From NCBI GenBank assembly GCA_002104945.1, contig MCFH01000015.1, forward strand, positions 310,001-374,000: DNA of 64,000 nt, read 5' to 3'. Position numbers and translations under genes: made by a program. Of this stretch, positions 48,073 through 62,304 are shown in pieces (within the stretch, counting starts at the first letter, position 1; the number at the start of each line of letters is the position of its first letter). Below the pieces are notes generated by a model. It saw only the letters and a program-made list of their open reading frames with translations, did no database searches and had not been told where the DNA came from. This stretch comes from Piromyces finnis finn (Eukaryota > Fungi > Neocallimastigomycota).

Positions 48073-48303
48073 TTAGTTTTTCTTATTATTTCTTCCTCTC
48101 TTTTTGGTATGAACTGGATGTGTAACAATATGAATACCATGCCATGTTTTCATTTCTTCTTCTAAAATATCCATGACTATTCTATGTTGTTTTACCATTC
48201 TTAAACCGTCGAATTTAGTAGATGTTACATCAACCATATATAAACTTCCACATCCATCTATATTTATATTAATAGGAAATATGTATATGTGTGCGAAATG
48301 AAA

Positions 48304-48341
<38 letters not shown>

Positions 48342-48924
48342 ATTTAGTATTTATCGAAAAAAAATAAAAATAAAAATAAATTTCAAATTTAAATTATATT
48401 ACAAATAATAACAAGAATTTATGTTTTGAAAACAAATTTTGTATTAGCTTTTACTTTTATATATATATTAAATAATATTTACCTGATATATCTTTAACCT
48501 TAATTTCGGCAGTTGGTTCAAAGTTGTTGACTAATTTTTTTAATAATAATTTTTCCATTGGAGTTAAAGCACCTTCATGACGAATATCAAAAGGTGTTTC
48601 TGAATTATTGAATTTTTTTGTAGAGGTAGTTTCTTTATTATTAGTACTATCTTTATTATCTGATTCAATTCCGGTAGTACAAGCATTTTGAATATTACAA
48701 GAATCTTGATTAGTACTATAGTAATTGTATTGGATTTTAAATGGGAAATTAGTTTGTTGCTTAGTATATAAACTGGTTGAAAGGCGACTTGTAGTTGTGA
48801 GTGTGCTTTTTGGGATTGTGACTTTTTTTAAACATTGTATTGAGTTATAGGAAGAGTGTGTTAAAATAAAAGGAAGTGCCTTTAATGTCTTTTCTTTACA
48901 AGGAATACTTAATATTGAATTCAT
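48073..48924 (-). CDS. BolA-family protein (BolA3/Aim1-like) with a long N-terminal organelle-targeting-like extension; exons 48483-48924 and 48073-48257; 208 aa
   Basis: The spliced C-terminus reads VKDISDGCGSLYMVDVTSTKFDGLRMVKQHRIVMDILEEEMKTWHGIHI, which is the BolA3-type pattern (DISGGCG...F.G...VKQHR.V...L..E....HG). Confidence 0.88.
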
Positions 48925-50224
48925 TTTTAACTATTCTCAATAATAAAAAAAAATATTTCAATTAACAAAAAAAAAAAAAAAAAAAAAACTACTTAATAAA
49001 ATGTATAAATAATGTATACATTATATACAATGTATTACATTATTAAATTAAAATTATAAAAAAAACACACATATTCATTTCGAAAAAAAGAGTACACGAT
49101 ACTTTTTTTTTTTTTTTTTTTACTTTCTTTATATTTATTTTTTAGTTATTCTTATATATATGGGGAAATGATAAAGTTTTCTATATTAATTTTATACAAA
49201 TTAACAAAAAAAAAAAAAAAAAAAAATAAAACAAAATAAAATGTTTATCCTTTTCTTTATTAAATTCATCGTTGGGTTATATGTATGATATTGTAATTTA
49301 ATAAATTGTCTATTTTTATGATATTATTCTATGCTATTCCGAGTGTCGTAGGTAATAAACTGAGTAGTCTATTACTCTTTTTTTTTATTATCCACGATTT
49401 TTTTTTTTTTGCATAAAATGATATTATATATAATTAAAAATAGTTATGCTATATTATTTCTATTATTAATGGTAAAATGATTATTTATCTAGTTGATAGT
49501 TTATTCATTTTAAAAATTATTAATATAGCAATATTATTAATCAATCCCACTTTTTGCTATAAATATTATTGTGGTAAAAATTAATATGACGGTTATATTT
49601 TATATTATTTTAATCCTTGTATAATAGTTTATTGAAAATTATAAAAAGTATAACTAATTAATAAATAAATGATGTTTTTTTTTTTTTTAAATAAAAATTG
49701 TTTGATAATTATTATTCTTAATTATTTATTGATAATACTAATTAAATATATATTTTATTTATTATTCCCTAGTTTAACATTTTCTTTTAATAAATTCCCT
49801 TTCCTTATATATATTGGTGTTATTTTATATTATATTGTATTATTGTGATAATAGGTATTATTGAATTATATTCCAATAGAATAATTCAAGTTTCTTTTTC
49901 ATATAAATTAAATAATTTTAAAAAAAATAAAAAAATTAAATATAATTTAAAAGAGGAATGTATCTTTCTATGAGTTATAACGTGTTGATTTACACTCTAA
50001 AAATTACTTTTATATATTATTATTATTGTACTAAAATGGCTTTTTTTTTTATACCAGATAGAAATTAAATATATAAAGATTTTATATAGATTGGATTCAT
50101 TCCCCTTTTTGATAATTGGTATTTTTTTAATTAATTAATTTAATTCTATTTCACATATTAATGTTATTATATATATTGATTTTCTTGGTAATATTTATTA
50201 TGAATTAATAAAATTTAAAATTTT

Positions 50225-50677
50225 TTATTTTAAGTGATAAGTAACATCAATAACATCTCCATCAAGACAAAAGTATAAATATGGTTCTGTAATTAATTTT
50301 TTACAATTAATTCTTGGATTTAAACGTTGAAATTCAATTTCGGTTATTTTTTCTTTTTTCATAAAATCTTTACAAGTAGTACCAGCAAGAACTAATTTCC
50401 ATTTATTACATTTGACATAAGAACCACCAATACAAACTTTATCTGATGCTGCTAAATCTTCACATGGAAAACTATTCATACGTTTAAAATCAATTAATTC
50501 AATACTGAATTTATTGGCGATAGATTCACAAGTATCGCCTTTATAAACGTTATAACCAACTTTACATTTAGTTGGATAATCTAAATTTTTTGCTTTATAC
50601 CAAGAAACATATTCATAACTTGGTATTATAGATAAAAACAATATAATTGAATAAATGATAATTGATAACTTGCTCAT
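50225..50677 (-). CDS. Small secreted Cys-rich protein with two LysM domains, 150 aa, intronless
   Basis: Hydrophobic N-terminal signal. LysM1 is CKVGYNVYKGDTCESIANKFSIELIDFKRMNSFPCEDL...VC. LysM2 is CNKWKLVLAGTTCKDF...ITEIEFQRLNPRINCKKL...FC. Confidence 0.85.
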   Translation of the reverse strand: MSKLSIIIYSIILFLSIIPSYEYVSWYKAKNLDYPTKCKVGYNVYKGDTCESIANKFSIELIDFKRMNSFPCEDLAASDKVCIGGSYVKCNKWKLVLAGTTCKDFMKKEKITEIEFQRLNPRINCKKLITEPYLYFCLDGDVIDVTYHLK

Positions 50678-51590
50678 GTTAATAATAGTTTTTATATTGT
50701 TTAATTAGGAAGTAAAAAAAAAGTTTTGATTTTGTTGTATTTATTTAAAAGGCTAAAAGAGTAAATATTTGTTTTATTTTGCTTTTATTATTGCTTTTAT
50801 TTTGATTTATTTTTTATATTTTTTTTTTCTTTTTCTAACTTTTATTTTTTTTTATTTGTTGTTAATATTACTTTATTTTTACTTTTACTTTTTTCTATCT
50901 TTTTTTTTTTTTAACTTAAGATTAAATGTTTAGGTTATCCTTTTTTCTTTTTTATTTATTTTGTTTTAAAAAATTTAAAACATATATTTTCCTTTATATA
51001 TATATTTTTTTTATTATTTAACTTTAATTATTATAATTTTTTTTTTTGTTTATTCCAATATTATTTAATTTAATATATTGTATTATATTTATTATAATAT
51101 ACTTAATAATATATTTAATATATCTATATTAATAAATGGAAGAATTGAAAAATCTACCACCTATAATAGTGGAGGAGTAGATTAAAATTTATTTACTCAA
51201 TAATTTATTTATCTATTTATATTATTTAATATTTTATAATAGTTTATTTAAACAATTAATATATATACATTCATATTTATTGAACCTAACCCTTTATTAT
51301 AAACCTTGGCGAGTATTAGTAATTAATGAAATTTGAATTTAATTTTTTTTTAATATTAAAAATGAAACTTGTCGAAAAAAGCATCGAGAAAAAAAAAAAG
51401 GTTTGAAGTTGCTGTTTTATAACAGTCTTTTAGTTTTTGCATTTCTTTTAAATTTTCACAAAAAATAGATTTTGTAGGAATATCTATTTTAAATAAAGAA
51501 ATATTAAAATATTCTTATTTATTTGATAATATAAAGAAAAATATTATTTACTACTATTTGATAAATTTACTGTATATTTATTCTACAAGT

Positions 51591-52008
51591 ATTAATTGTA
51601 AAAAAAAAAAAGTTTAATATTAATAGTTAATTTATAATAAAATATAAAACGAATAAATTTGTAATTGTATTTTGGGAAGAAACATAATGACTAAATAATT
51701 ATATAGTAAATATATAGAATCATCTAAAAAAACTGTTATATAAGTATATATATGTATTTATATATTTTTATATATTTTAGTAAAATACCATGATCAATTC
51801 ATTTTATCAAGTTAATAAAATTATGAAAAATAAAATAGTAAAAGATGAAATTATGTAATTATTAATTGTAAAAAAAAAGTTTAATATTAATAGTTAATTT
51901 ATAATAAAATATAAACCGAATAAATTTGTAATTGTATTTTGGGAAGAAACATAATGACTAAATAATTATATAGTAAATATATAGAATCATCTAAAAAAAC
52001 TGTTATAT
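51591..52008. repeat. Direct duplication of about 150 bp (51591-51741 and 51861-52008)
   Basis: The copies differ only in A-run length and one substitution. Confidence 0.92.
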
Positions 52009-54860
52009 TATTTTTTATTAATTAATGGAATGATATTTTTTATATCAAAATATCATTAATGATTATAACAACAAAACATAATCATTGATATTTTAATTAC
52101 AAATATATTTATTTAAAGATTATGATTATATATGTAATGCATATTATCAAAAATTAACCTTTGAAGATAACAAACTAATATTTAAATCCTAAAAGTTGAA
52201 AGTAAATATATATAATTAACTTTGAAAATACAACACATTGTTAAATTACAATAAATAAACGAGTTAATAAACAAATAAAAATAGAATGAGTGAATGAATA
52301 AATAAATAAATATCCAACTAAATAAATATGATAGTATTAATATTAATGATGTATCTATATAATATATAAATCTTTATAAATGTTTGTATGAATTAATGAA
52401 TGAAATAGTATATATATTCATGTATCTATCTGAATTCTATGTAATACAACTTGGTACCACCTAGCTAATAATTATTTTCTGTCAAATACTTTTATGTTTA
52501 TTCAACAGGTTTTCAACAATATATATAACCTCTAAGAAATACCATAATGATTTAGAAAAACTCCTGAATATTCAAAAGCAAAAAGCTCTATTCTAAATTA
52601 AAAAATTATTGTGAATAAATAAATATGTTGAGGTAAAAACTATAAAAATGAGTTATATAAATAATAGTGTGAGAATAGGCGTGAAAGTCATCATCAAATA
52701 TGAAAATAAAATAAAAAGAAAAACATTAATAGTAATTTATATTATGAATAAATTACCATTAATGTTTTTTTATATATTCAATAAAAAGTGTGTGATATAT
52801 ATAAAATTATAAGGATATAATGATAATATTTTTCATTAATTTCAATAAATATTTATGCATACTAATTAATTATTAATCCTTATTAATACTATATATTATT
52901 AAAGTAGGCTAATCTTTTTCTATTTTCGATGTAAAAAAACCATCAACTTTTCATATTGAATAAAAAACTAAAGGAATAATGACTTTTTTTTTTAATTGTA
53001 TTCAGTACCAAGAAAAAATACCAAACCTGGTTAAAGTTTACCCACAAACTTTCATCCTTCATACTTGTATATAATATATTATGATTATATTATGATTATA
53101 TATATTAATTTAAAATTTAAAAATTCTTTTATTATACAAAAAATTTTTTGATAATAATATAATATATTATTAAATTGTTTATATTATATATTGGAGTATA
53201 TTTTGATATATGATGAATCATTTTCTATAATCCAAAAAATAACATTTAAATATGGAAAGTTTGAAATTATATATTTTAATATATATTAATATATATAATT
53301 AAAACATAAAAAAATATTAAATTATTATTATTAATAAATAATAAGACAGAAAATTGTTTAAAATTTTTTTTTTATTATTATTATAATAATAATAGTTATT
53401 ATAAATTATCCTTATTTACAATTTCAATGGTATAAACATTGTAAAGAAGAAGAAGAGGAAGAAAAATAACCTCAATTATTTAGTATTGAATTTATGAAAT
53501 AGAAAATTATGTGAATAACTTAATAATAATAATAAAATTAAGAATATATAATAGATTTTTTTTTTAAAAAACCAATTATATAAAATTGAAATATTCCTTT
53601 CATAGTATCAACAGTAAAATTGACATTTCAATTTTGAAATTTTAATTTCTAAAAATTTAACGTTTTCAAAAAAAAAAAAAATAGAATAAGTTTATAATTA
53701 TAATAGTATTCTTAACCAATATTTTTGAATATAATACTTTTAATACACAATTACTGTAATAGACAGTAACCAAAAAAAAAAAGTTTTTTTGTTTAATATT
53801 TTTTGAAATTTATAATTTTAAAAAATTAAAATTTTAAAGAAATTAGATAAAATGATTAAATGGTGTCAAAAATATTAAATTTTACTATTTTAAATAGATT
53901 AACTTAATATAATATAAATAGTAATGCTTTTAATATACCAGTAATCACAAAAAGTAAAATAAAATTGAAGAAAATTAGAAATTTATTTATAAATTTTAAA
54001 TTTAATATAAATCATTTCAAATCTTTGTTTAGGAAAAAAAAAAAAAAAAAAATTTATAAATTTTGATTTTAAATTAAAATTGGAATAATTATAAATATAT
54101 AAATATATATATATATAAAATTATATATTTAACAAATACCAAACTATTTTATCAATAACAAAACAAGTTATTACAATAGAGATTTTCAAACCAACAATTG
54201 TAATTTATAATAAGCAAATTCAGAAATTCCTTCTTTTCCAAATTTTGAAATTAAACATTCATTTCTCTTTTTTTCTACATCAATTATTACACCAATCCTA
54301 ATCATAAAAATATTATAACATATTTATATAATATACACTAATTTTAATTATTCATTTCACATTCCAAAACATAATTATAAAATATTAATATATATACAAA
54401 ATTACTTATTGTTTGATATTATAGTAACAACAATTGTAATCTTATTAATTAAAACAAATTTATTGCTTAGTTTTTTTTAAATAATTAATATGATATATAA
54501 ACATTTGTATTTAACTACTTTTAAAAGAATCAAATAACAATTAGAAAGTAAAGCAATTAAAAAATTCACATCATTTATGTTACATTTCAAAAAATTAAAT
54601 GAGAAATTTATCATTAAATAATTTCAAGACATATTATTATATAAATAAAATCCAATTTTAAATTTTAGTAGAATAGTATCAATTTATTTTTACTTTATTC
54701 AATATTATTATTATTTTCTTTTATATATATATTTTAAATAATATTAAAAGAAAAGAAAAAAGAATAATAAATATAAATTTTGTTAATAGAAAACGTATAT
54801 AAAAAGAAAAAAAATAAAAAAAAAATTATTTAAAAATCTTTGTAAATGATAATAAATAAA

Positions 54861-56475
54861 ATGGCTATTGAAAGAGATAATTCAATAGCATCAACATCAG
54901 TTACTGGTGAATCATCAGTTAGAAATAAATATGAAGATATGAACAAATCATCTCAATATTCAACTATTACTAATAATGATAATAATAACTATACCTTAAC
55001 AAGTAGTAGTAGCAGTAGCAGTGGGAGTAGTAGCTCTCATGCTTCAAAATCAAATACACATCAACCTATTATTCATTTAGCAGATTTAGAATTTAAGGAT
55101 GAAAAACAAAGAATATTAAAGGAAGCAATAACATTTAAAGGTAAAGTATTATTTATAGTAATATATATATATAAATATAAATATTGATGTAATAAAGTGT
55201 TTAAACGTTTTCAAAGTCAAATTATTTATTAATAAAGAGTGTGGGGAAAATATTATACATATAAATATTAACATGTAATAATTTAATAAATATAGCTGAT
55301 CATTAAATTTCATTTAGAAAAAGTAAATTTAATAATAATAATAATAATAAAATTTCTAAATTATAGTGATTATTATTGGTATTTTAAAAATCCATAACTA
55401 CAATAAACATACCTATTTGCATATTTAATTAAAAAAAAGTAACAAATAATTAATAAATGAAAAAGCTATAAATTTACATTTCAATTAAAAAATCAATTAT
55501 AGGTTAAATTTATAATAGTTATTAAATGAAACTATTAAATATTGAAAAAAGTTTAAATATACATCTATGTTTATTATAAATAGTAGCAAAATATTAATAA
55601 ATTTATAAATTGCATAATTATGAATTTATAAAAATGTAGATTTCAAATTTGATGAAATTTGAAATGTGTTATTAAAAATTTAATTGAATTTAAATTTTGA
55701 AATTTTGGTAAATTTAAATTAGTAACAGTAATAAATTAATAAATTTTTCTTTATTTTGTTTTAATTATAAAGGTGGTGGTGGTGAAGTAACCATTTATGC
55801 CTTAGGTCAATATAAAAATCATTCATCTCAATATCCTGCTGGATATATATCGTCAAGAATATTTAATGATAGTCAACATCCAGATAGGTATATTCGCTAT
55901 TTTAGTAAAGTAGTTTCTGATGAACAATTTGAAATTCAAACTGAAGAACAATTCCGTAAAAATCAAAGTGGATTAATAGGCCGTTCACCCACACGGGTAT
56001 GGTCAAACTTGGTCAAAGAGATTAATAAACATATGGGACCTAAGCAACAAAAATATTCAACAAGTTTATCTGGTCCTCTAAAAATGGGATTACGTTATGA
56101 AGGCATTCAATTTATATTACAAGAAATGAAAGTTATTGATGGTAATAATAAACACTTATCATATATTCAATTAAAATTAATACATAGTAATATAATATAG
56201 TTTATTTATTGAATAAAACACTTTAATCATATATATATTAAATCAATTGTATTTTAATAGTCGGAAATAGTAAAATAAAGAATCCAAAGAAAGATACCAT
56301 GTATGGAAATAATAACGATGCAAATGATATATCTCTTCCTATAGCTACAGAAATTAACCCAAAAAATATAAAGTAATAATAATCCTTTATATTTATTAAT
56401 ATTATTAAGATTAATTATTTTAATACTAATAATATTATTATATTTAAATAATTATATTTTCTTTATTTTATTATT

Positions 56476-56509
<34 letters not shown>

Positions 56510-59131
56510 TATATTCTTCCATATCTCGCAGTAATAAAAATGAATTAGTTTCAAAAAAAGGACATTATAAGACTGTTGAATATCCACCCATACACAAGTT
56601 AAATGATCTACAATTTATTGATAAAAAAACTAGAAAGTTATTAAATCCAATTTGTTGTAGAAAGGGTGGCGCAGGTACTATTAAAGTATTATGCTTAGGT
56701 CGTTTTCATTCAATTGATGAAGAATATCCAAGAGGTTATAAAAGTAGTCGTCAATTCTATCTTTATAGTAATCCAGAAAAAAGTGTTTCTTATATATCCA
56801 CTGTTGTAAGCCAAAGTCATTTTGAAGTTCATGCGGAGGGACACAATAAAGTTTTTACAGGAAAAACAGCAACTTATGCATGGAAAAAATTAATAAATGA
56901 AGTGAATTTAAATATGGTATTCTATCAAATATTAAAACATTTACATAAAATAATTATTATAAAAATATAAAAAAAAGTTTAAATATTGATAAATATTGTA
57001 ATTATGATATAATGTTATATATATATATGAATATTTAAAAGTCACCTAATCATGGGAAATTATCAACCAATTTATCTGGTCCATTAAAATTCGGATTAAG
57101 ATATCCTCAAGTAGAAACTCTTTTTGAGGAAATGAAAATAATTGATTGTAATTTACAAAGTAAAAAGAAATATACAAAAGGTAGATAAACTATATATGTA
57201 TTTCATTTTAGATATATATTAATATTTTAGGTGAAGCTATCCTTATTAACAAATATTTTAAATCAAAATATATTTTAAAATATTCCTTTTTTTTTTTTAA
57301 AAAATAAAAAAAGACGATAATTCAATAAAAAATTCTAATACTACTTCATTAGAAAAAAGAAAGTTAGACATACAAGAGGATGAACTGGATTATATGAACA
57401 AAAACTCAATTAAAAAGACCAATAAAAAGAACAATTCTTCATCCCTTTTTAAAGATGAAGATGCCTATAGTAAGGCTCAGCGTAGAATAAGTGATAGATT
57501 AAAAAATCAACCTCAACCTTCCTATGAAGATAATGCAATGGATGAAGATTACGAGTCTGATGAATCATACAATTCTTCACTGTTTTATGAATCTAAAGCT
57601 GTTGAAAACAGTAATATAACGAATGATGACTATTTTGATGATCAAAATGATATTAATGATGATGATATTTCATCAGAATTTATACCGGATACTGATAATT
57701 CATATACAAGTAGTAAAAAAACAAATAAAAGCTCTGATAAAAGACGATCCTCTAAAATAACGCATAGAAAGAGAAATTCAATTTCACAGTCTGATGGTGA
57801 TGGTAAAAAAAATATTAAGAAATAATAACATGATAATAATCATTCTTTTATAAATTAGTTAATTAATGATTAATTCTTTATATTTAGATTCCAGTGATTA
57901 TCAAAATTCAGATATTGATTCTCAGTCATCTTATTCAGATATAGACATGAAAAATGGTAAGTCATTATATATTAAATATTAAATATTTTTATTTTTATTT
58001 TTATTTTTTTTTATTTTAGTAAATTATTTAATATATTATTTACACCTATTATAATATTATATAAAGATGATAATTTTAATTCAACAGTGAAACCAAGTAA
58101 AAGAAGAAGAATTAATCCTAGAAAAGAGGATACTAACATTAAAACGCTAACAGCTAATGAATTTAACAATATTTTACAACAAAATAATTTAGCAAATAAA
58201 AATAAAACTGGTATCTATTCTCATTCTCATAGTTCTATGAAAGAAAAAGATGATGAAGATGATGACGATTTTAATGATGAAGGTGATGATGATGATGAGG
58301 AATATATAGCTTATAGAGAAAAAAAAGTAAAGTCAAAACATAAGGTTAAAAATATTCATTCCACTTCAAATTCATATAGTTCAGAACAAGAAAAACACAA
58401 GGTAAAAACTAATAGTTCAAAATCCTCATCTAGATTAGATAATAAAATGAAAATAGATAAAGAAGAAGAAATTTCAAAAATAACTTCATCTTCTATGGAA
58501 TTATCCAATTTGGCCAATTCAAATTCTAATGTTAATCCTATTCAGAGTAAAGCAAATGAATCTTACCCATTATCAAAAGAATTTGTATCAGTTGTAAGTC
58601 CTTCTTTTTCTTTTATAAATTATTCTATTTCAATTTATATTAAAATCATATACATTATAAAAAACGATAAATCAATTTATAACGTTTCAGTTATTTATTT
58701 TATTTTTTTATTCATACTTTTTACTATTTTATAGAAGAGAGAAAAAGAAATATTTATTAAACAAGAATCTAATATACCAAAAAGTAACTTTTATACCAAA
58801 AATGACAGTAAATCATTAAAATCAACAATTGTTGAAGAAGATGATATAAAAAAATTAAATGATAAGAACAATGAAAAAACACAGTTAGTAACAGATTTGA
58901 ATGAAAATTTAAGAATGATTGAAAAATGTATATCTGAACAGAAACAAAACCTTTCTATCAATATGACAACCATGCGTAATATTGAATCAATTTATATAAA
59001 TCCATTAATTGAAAAAGAAAGAAATTGTAAATCCCTTGTGGATTCTAATATACAAAATGTATATTTGAATAAAGTTATTAAACTTATTAATGCTAATCAA
59101 TCGGATACTAATTCCAATAAATTTGGTTTAT

Positions 59132-59168
<37 letters not shown>

Positions 59169-59595
59169 TAATAATGGTAGTAGTAGTACTACTACCGAAA
59201 AACGTTCAATAAAACTAAAACGGGAATGGATGAATAGTATTAATGTTAAGTTAAATAATGAAAAAGAGAAAAATGATTCATTTGATAATGGAATAAAATC
59301 TTTATCACCAATGGATCCAAAATTCGAGAAAAATGATACCAATGCTTCATCTTCATCACCATCTTCATTTAGCAATTTCAGTGATATAGTAGGAAATATA
59401 GTGATCAATGCATGTACAAAATGCGATTGCCAAATTATTCCAAAAATGATAAAACGACAATTGGACGAATGGAAAGAAATAAAATCTCAGTATCTTTCAC
59501 AACAGAAACAAATTAATGAAACTATTAATAAATTAAATAAAATTAAGTTAAAAATAGAGAAAGAAATTTCCAAGCATAAAAATGAAGATAACTAG
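54861..59595 (+). CDS. Protein with two tandem FYR (FYRN+FYRC) domains and a long low-complexity/coiled-coil C-terminus; exons 54861-55140, 55773-56141, 56261-56372, 56532-56916, 57042-57180, 57314-57802, 57888-57956, 58067-58593, 58735-59595; 1076 aa
   Basis: All eight introns are GT-AG and phases match (3231 nt). Repeat 1: IYALGQY...YPAGYISSRIF...Y...FEI...GRSPTRVWSNL...LSGPLKMGLRYEGIQFILQEM. Repeat 2: VLCLGRF...YPRGYKSSRQF...Y...FEV...FTGKTATYAWKKL...LSGPLKFGLRYPQVETLFEEM. Confidence 0.8.
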
Positions 59596-62304
59596 AAACA
59601 AACAAACAAACAAATAATAATAATAAAAAAAAATCTAAATCTACATAAAAATACATATATATTTTATAATGGATAATTTGAAAATTCTAATTATTACTTT
59701 TTTTTTTTTTTTTTCTTATTTTACTTTTTAATTGTTGAATAATTTATTATAACTTTTTAATTATTTATTTTATTTTATTACTATTTTTTTTTTTTTTTTT
59801 AAAAAAAATAATAATAAATTGATTTGGTTAATCATTTTCTTTAAATTATATATATTGTATATATATTTAAATATACCTTTTTCTTTTTGTCTTTATTATT
59901 TTATTTTTATATTAAAAAAATACTTTTGATTCATAAAAAAAAAATAAATAAAAAATTTGCAAATATATTTTAAAAAAAAAAAAAGTTATGAATCTCTATT
60001 ATTTCTTTTAATGAGAATATTTATCAAAAAAAAAAAAAAAAAAACATTCAATTGATTTTGTCTTGTACAATGTTTTATCATCAATGTTCCCTTTATAGAA
60101 AATATGTTATATAAATAAGGATACATTTTTTTTTTTAACAAATATTTATCTTTTTTATAATGCTTTTTTTTTTTTTTTTTTTTTAAATTTTAAAATATAA
60201 CATGAATAATAATATTATTATTTTTATTAGATTAAAACATACAATAAAAATTTATTATTATTAACCTTTATATATAATCATAAAGTTTCATTACTTATTC
60301 CTAATTAAAACTTTGTATAAAATTACAAAAGTCTTCAAAAAAATCAAATAACGCATTTTAAAATAAATTTAAAATTTATATTTTAATGAAGATTAACGAA
60401 GAAAAATAAAAAAAAAAAGTATAATTCTTATATTGTTCAAATAAACTTTTTAATTAAATTGAAATATTTAATATTTATTATTTCTACTATTGTTTTTTAT
60501 ACCATTATTAAATTTACTTTTTTTTCTTTCTTTTAAAAAAAAAAAAGATATTTATGTATTTCATATATGAAAATTATAGTAATTTATATTAATGCTGCTC
60601 CTTTCGATTATATATAAAGGTTTTTCATATGAATTTTAAAAAGCATTTAAACTTTTTTTTTTTTTAATTCTAAATTTCTAAAATTATATAAATTGAATAA
60701 TTATTTATATTTAGATATAATTTAGGTAAATTATAAATCTTAATTGTAATAAAAGTTATAATTCATTTTGATTTTTTTTTAAAAAAAAAAAAAATAAAGG
60801 AATATAAGACAAATTAGACGAATTAGTTAGTTTGATGTTTAAATTCTAATAGATAATTACAATAATAATATAAAAAAGTTAATTTTATTATAATAAAGTT
60901 AAATGTTTAAAGCCATACATTCATTAGAATATAATTAAAAGGATAACAAATTATTATTCTAGAAATGAATGGTCATGTATACGATTAATATTTTATTTCA
61001 TTTTTATTTTTTTTTATAATAATTATTGTTTTTTATTAATATATTAGTTTTTATATAAAAATACTATAAAATTAGATTGATGTTAATCTATAAATAATTG
61101 TTAATTACATTATTATATATTATATATAGTATTAATGTTAGAAAAACACTTCAATATTATATAGGCTGTATTATTTTTTTATTAAAATATCATGTTATTT
61201 CCATATTTTATTTTATTATTATAATTATTAATAAAATCCATTACATTATTTAAATAATTTTAATTGATATTAAATTTCACCACCTCTACTATTAATGCAA
61301 TAGATATCATTTTATGATATATATAATTACCATAATACTAGATATTATTATAAACTATAAATAAATACATCATAATAATTTTTTAAATTATAATATAGAT
61401 TTATTTAATTTTTTTTAATATTTTTTTTTTTTTTTTTAAAAAAAGAAAAGGTTCTTTTTAAATGTATCCGAAGAAACAAAATATATATTTTTGTTAATAT
61501 TAATGTTAATCTTTAATTACTAATAATAATATATAATAAAAATTTAAATAAATCATTTTTATATTCAAATGCTATTATTAATATCTTCTAATTTATATAA
61601 AATGGATACTTAAATAATATTTATCGAAGAAGAAAAGCTTGATATAATAACTACAATATAAAAAATTTCACTAATTCATTTTTTTTTGTGTTAATATATA
61701 TATAATTATTGTTATTACATGGAAGATATTGAATTATATATATTAAATACTCTATATATATATATGTCAATTTAAAAAAAAAAAGTTTCAATTTATATTC
61801 ATAAAGATACCTTTAAATTATATTTCATTAGTAGAAAAAAAAAAAAAAATCAATTATACCAAATCTATTCATTGATTATTATATTTTTTTATCATCAATA
61901 ATAATACACTATTCGAAATCCTTTTTTTTTTTTTTTTTAAAAAAATTAATAAAACATAAAATAGAAAAAATCCATTTATAAATATTCTCATCCTTTAATA
62001 CCAATTCATATCCTAATATATATAACTTTCAGTTAAAAAAAATAAAAGAAATAAAACATTAAAAGAAAAAGAAAAATATATACAAATTATATATGAAAAA
62101 TTATATATTCATTAATTTTTAATAAAAATCGTTTGAAAACCCTCCCCTTTATTTTTGTTTTAAATTAAACTTCTGTCTTTTTTTTTCTTTATCTTATATA
62201 CATAAGAAAGAAAAAAAAAAGAAGAATAAGAAATATCAATAAATCTTTTAAACCATTGTAGAATAAAAAAATCAGAAAAATATATATATACATATTAAAA
62301 TAAA

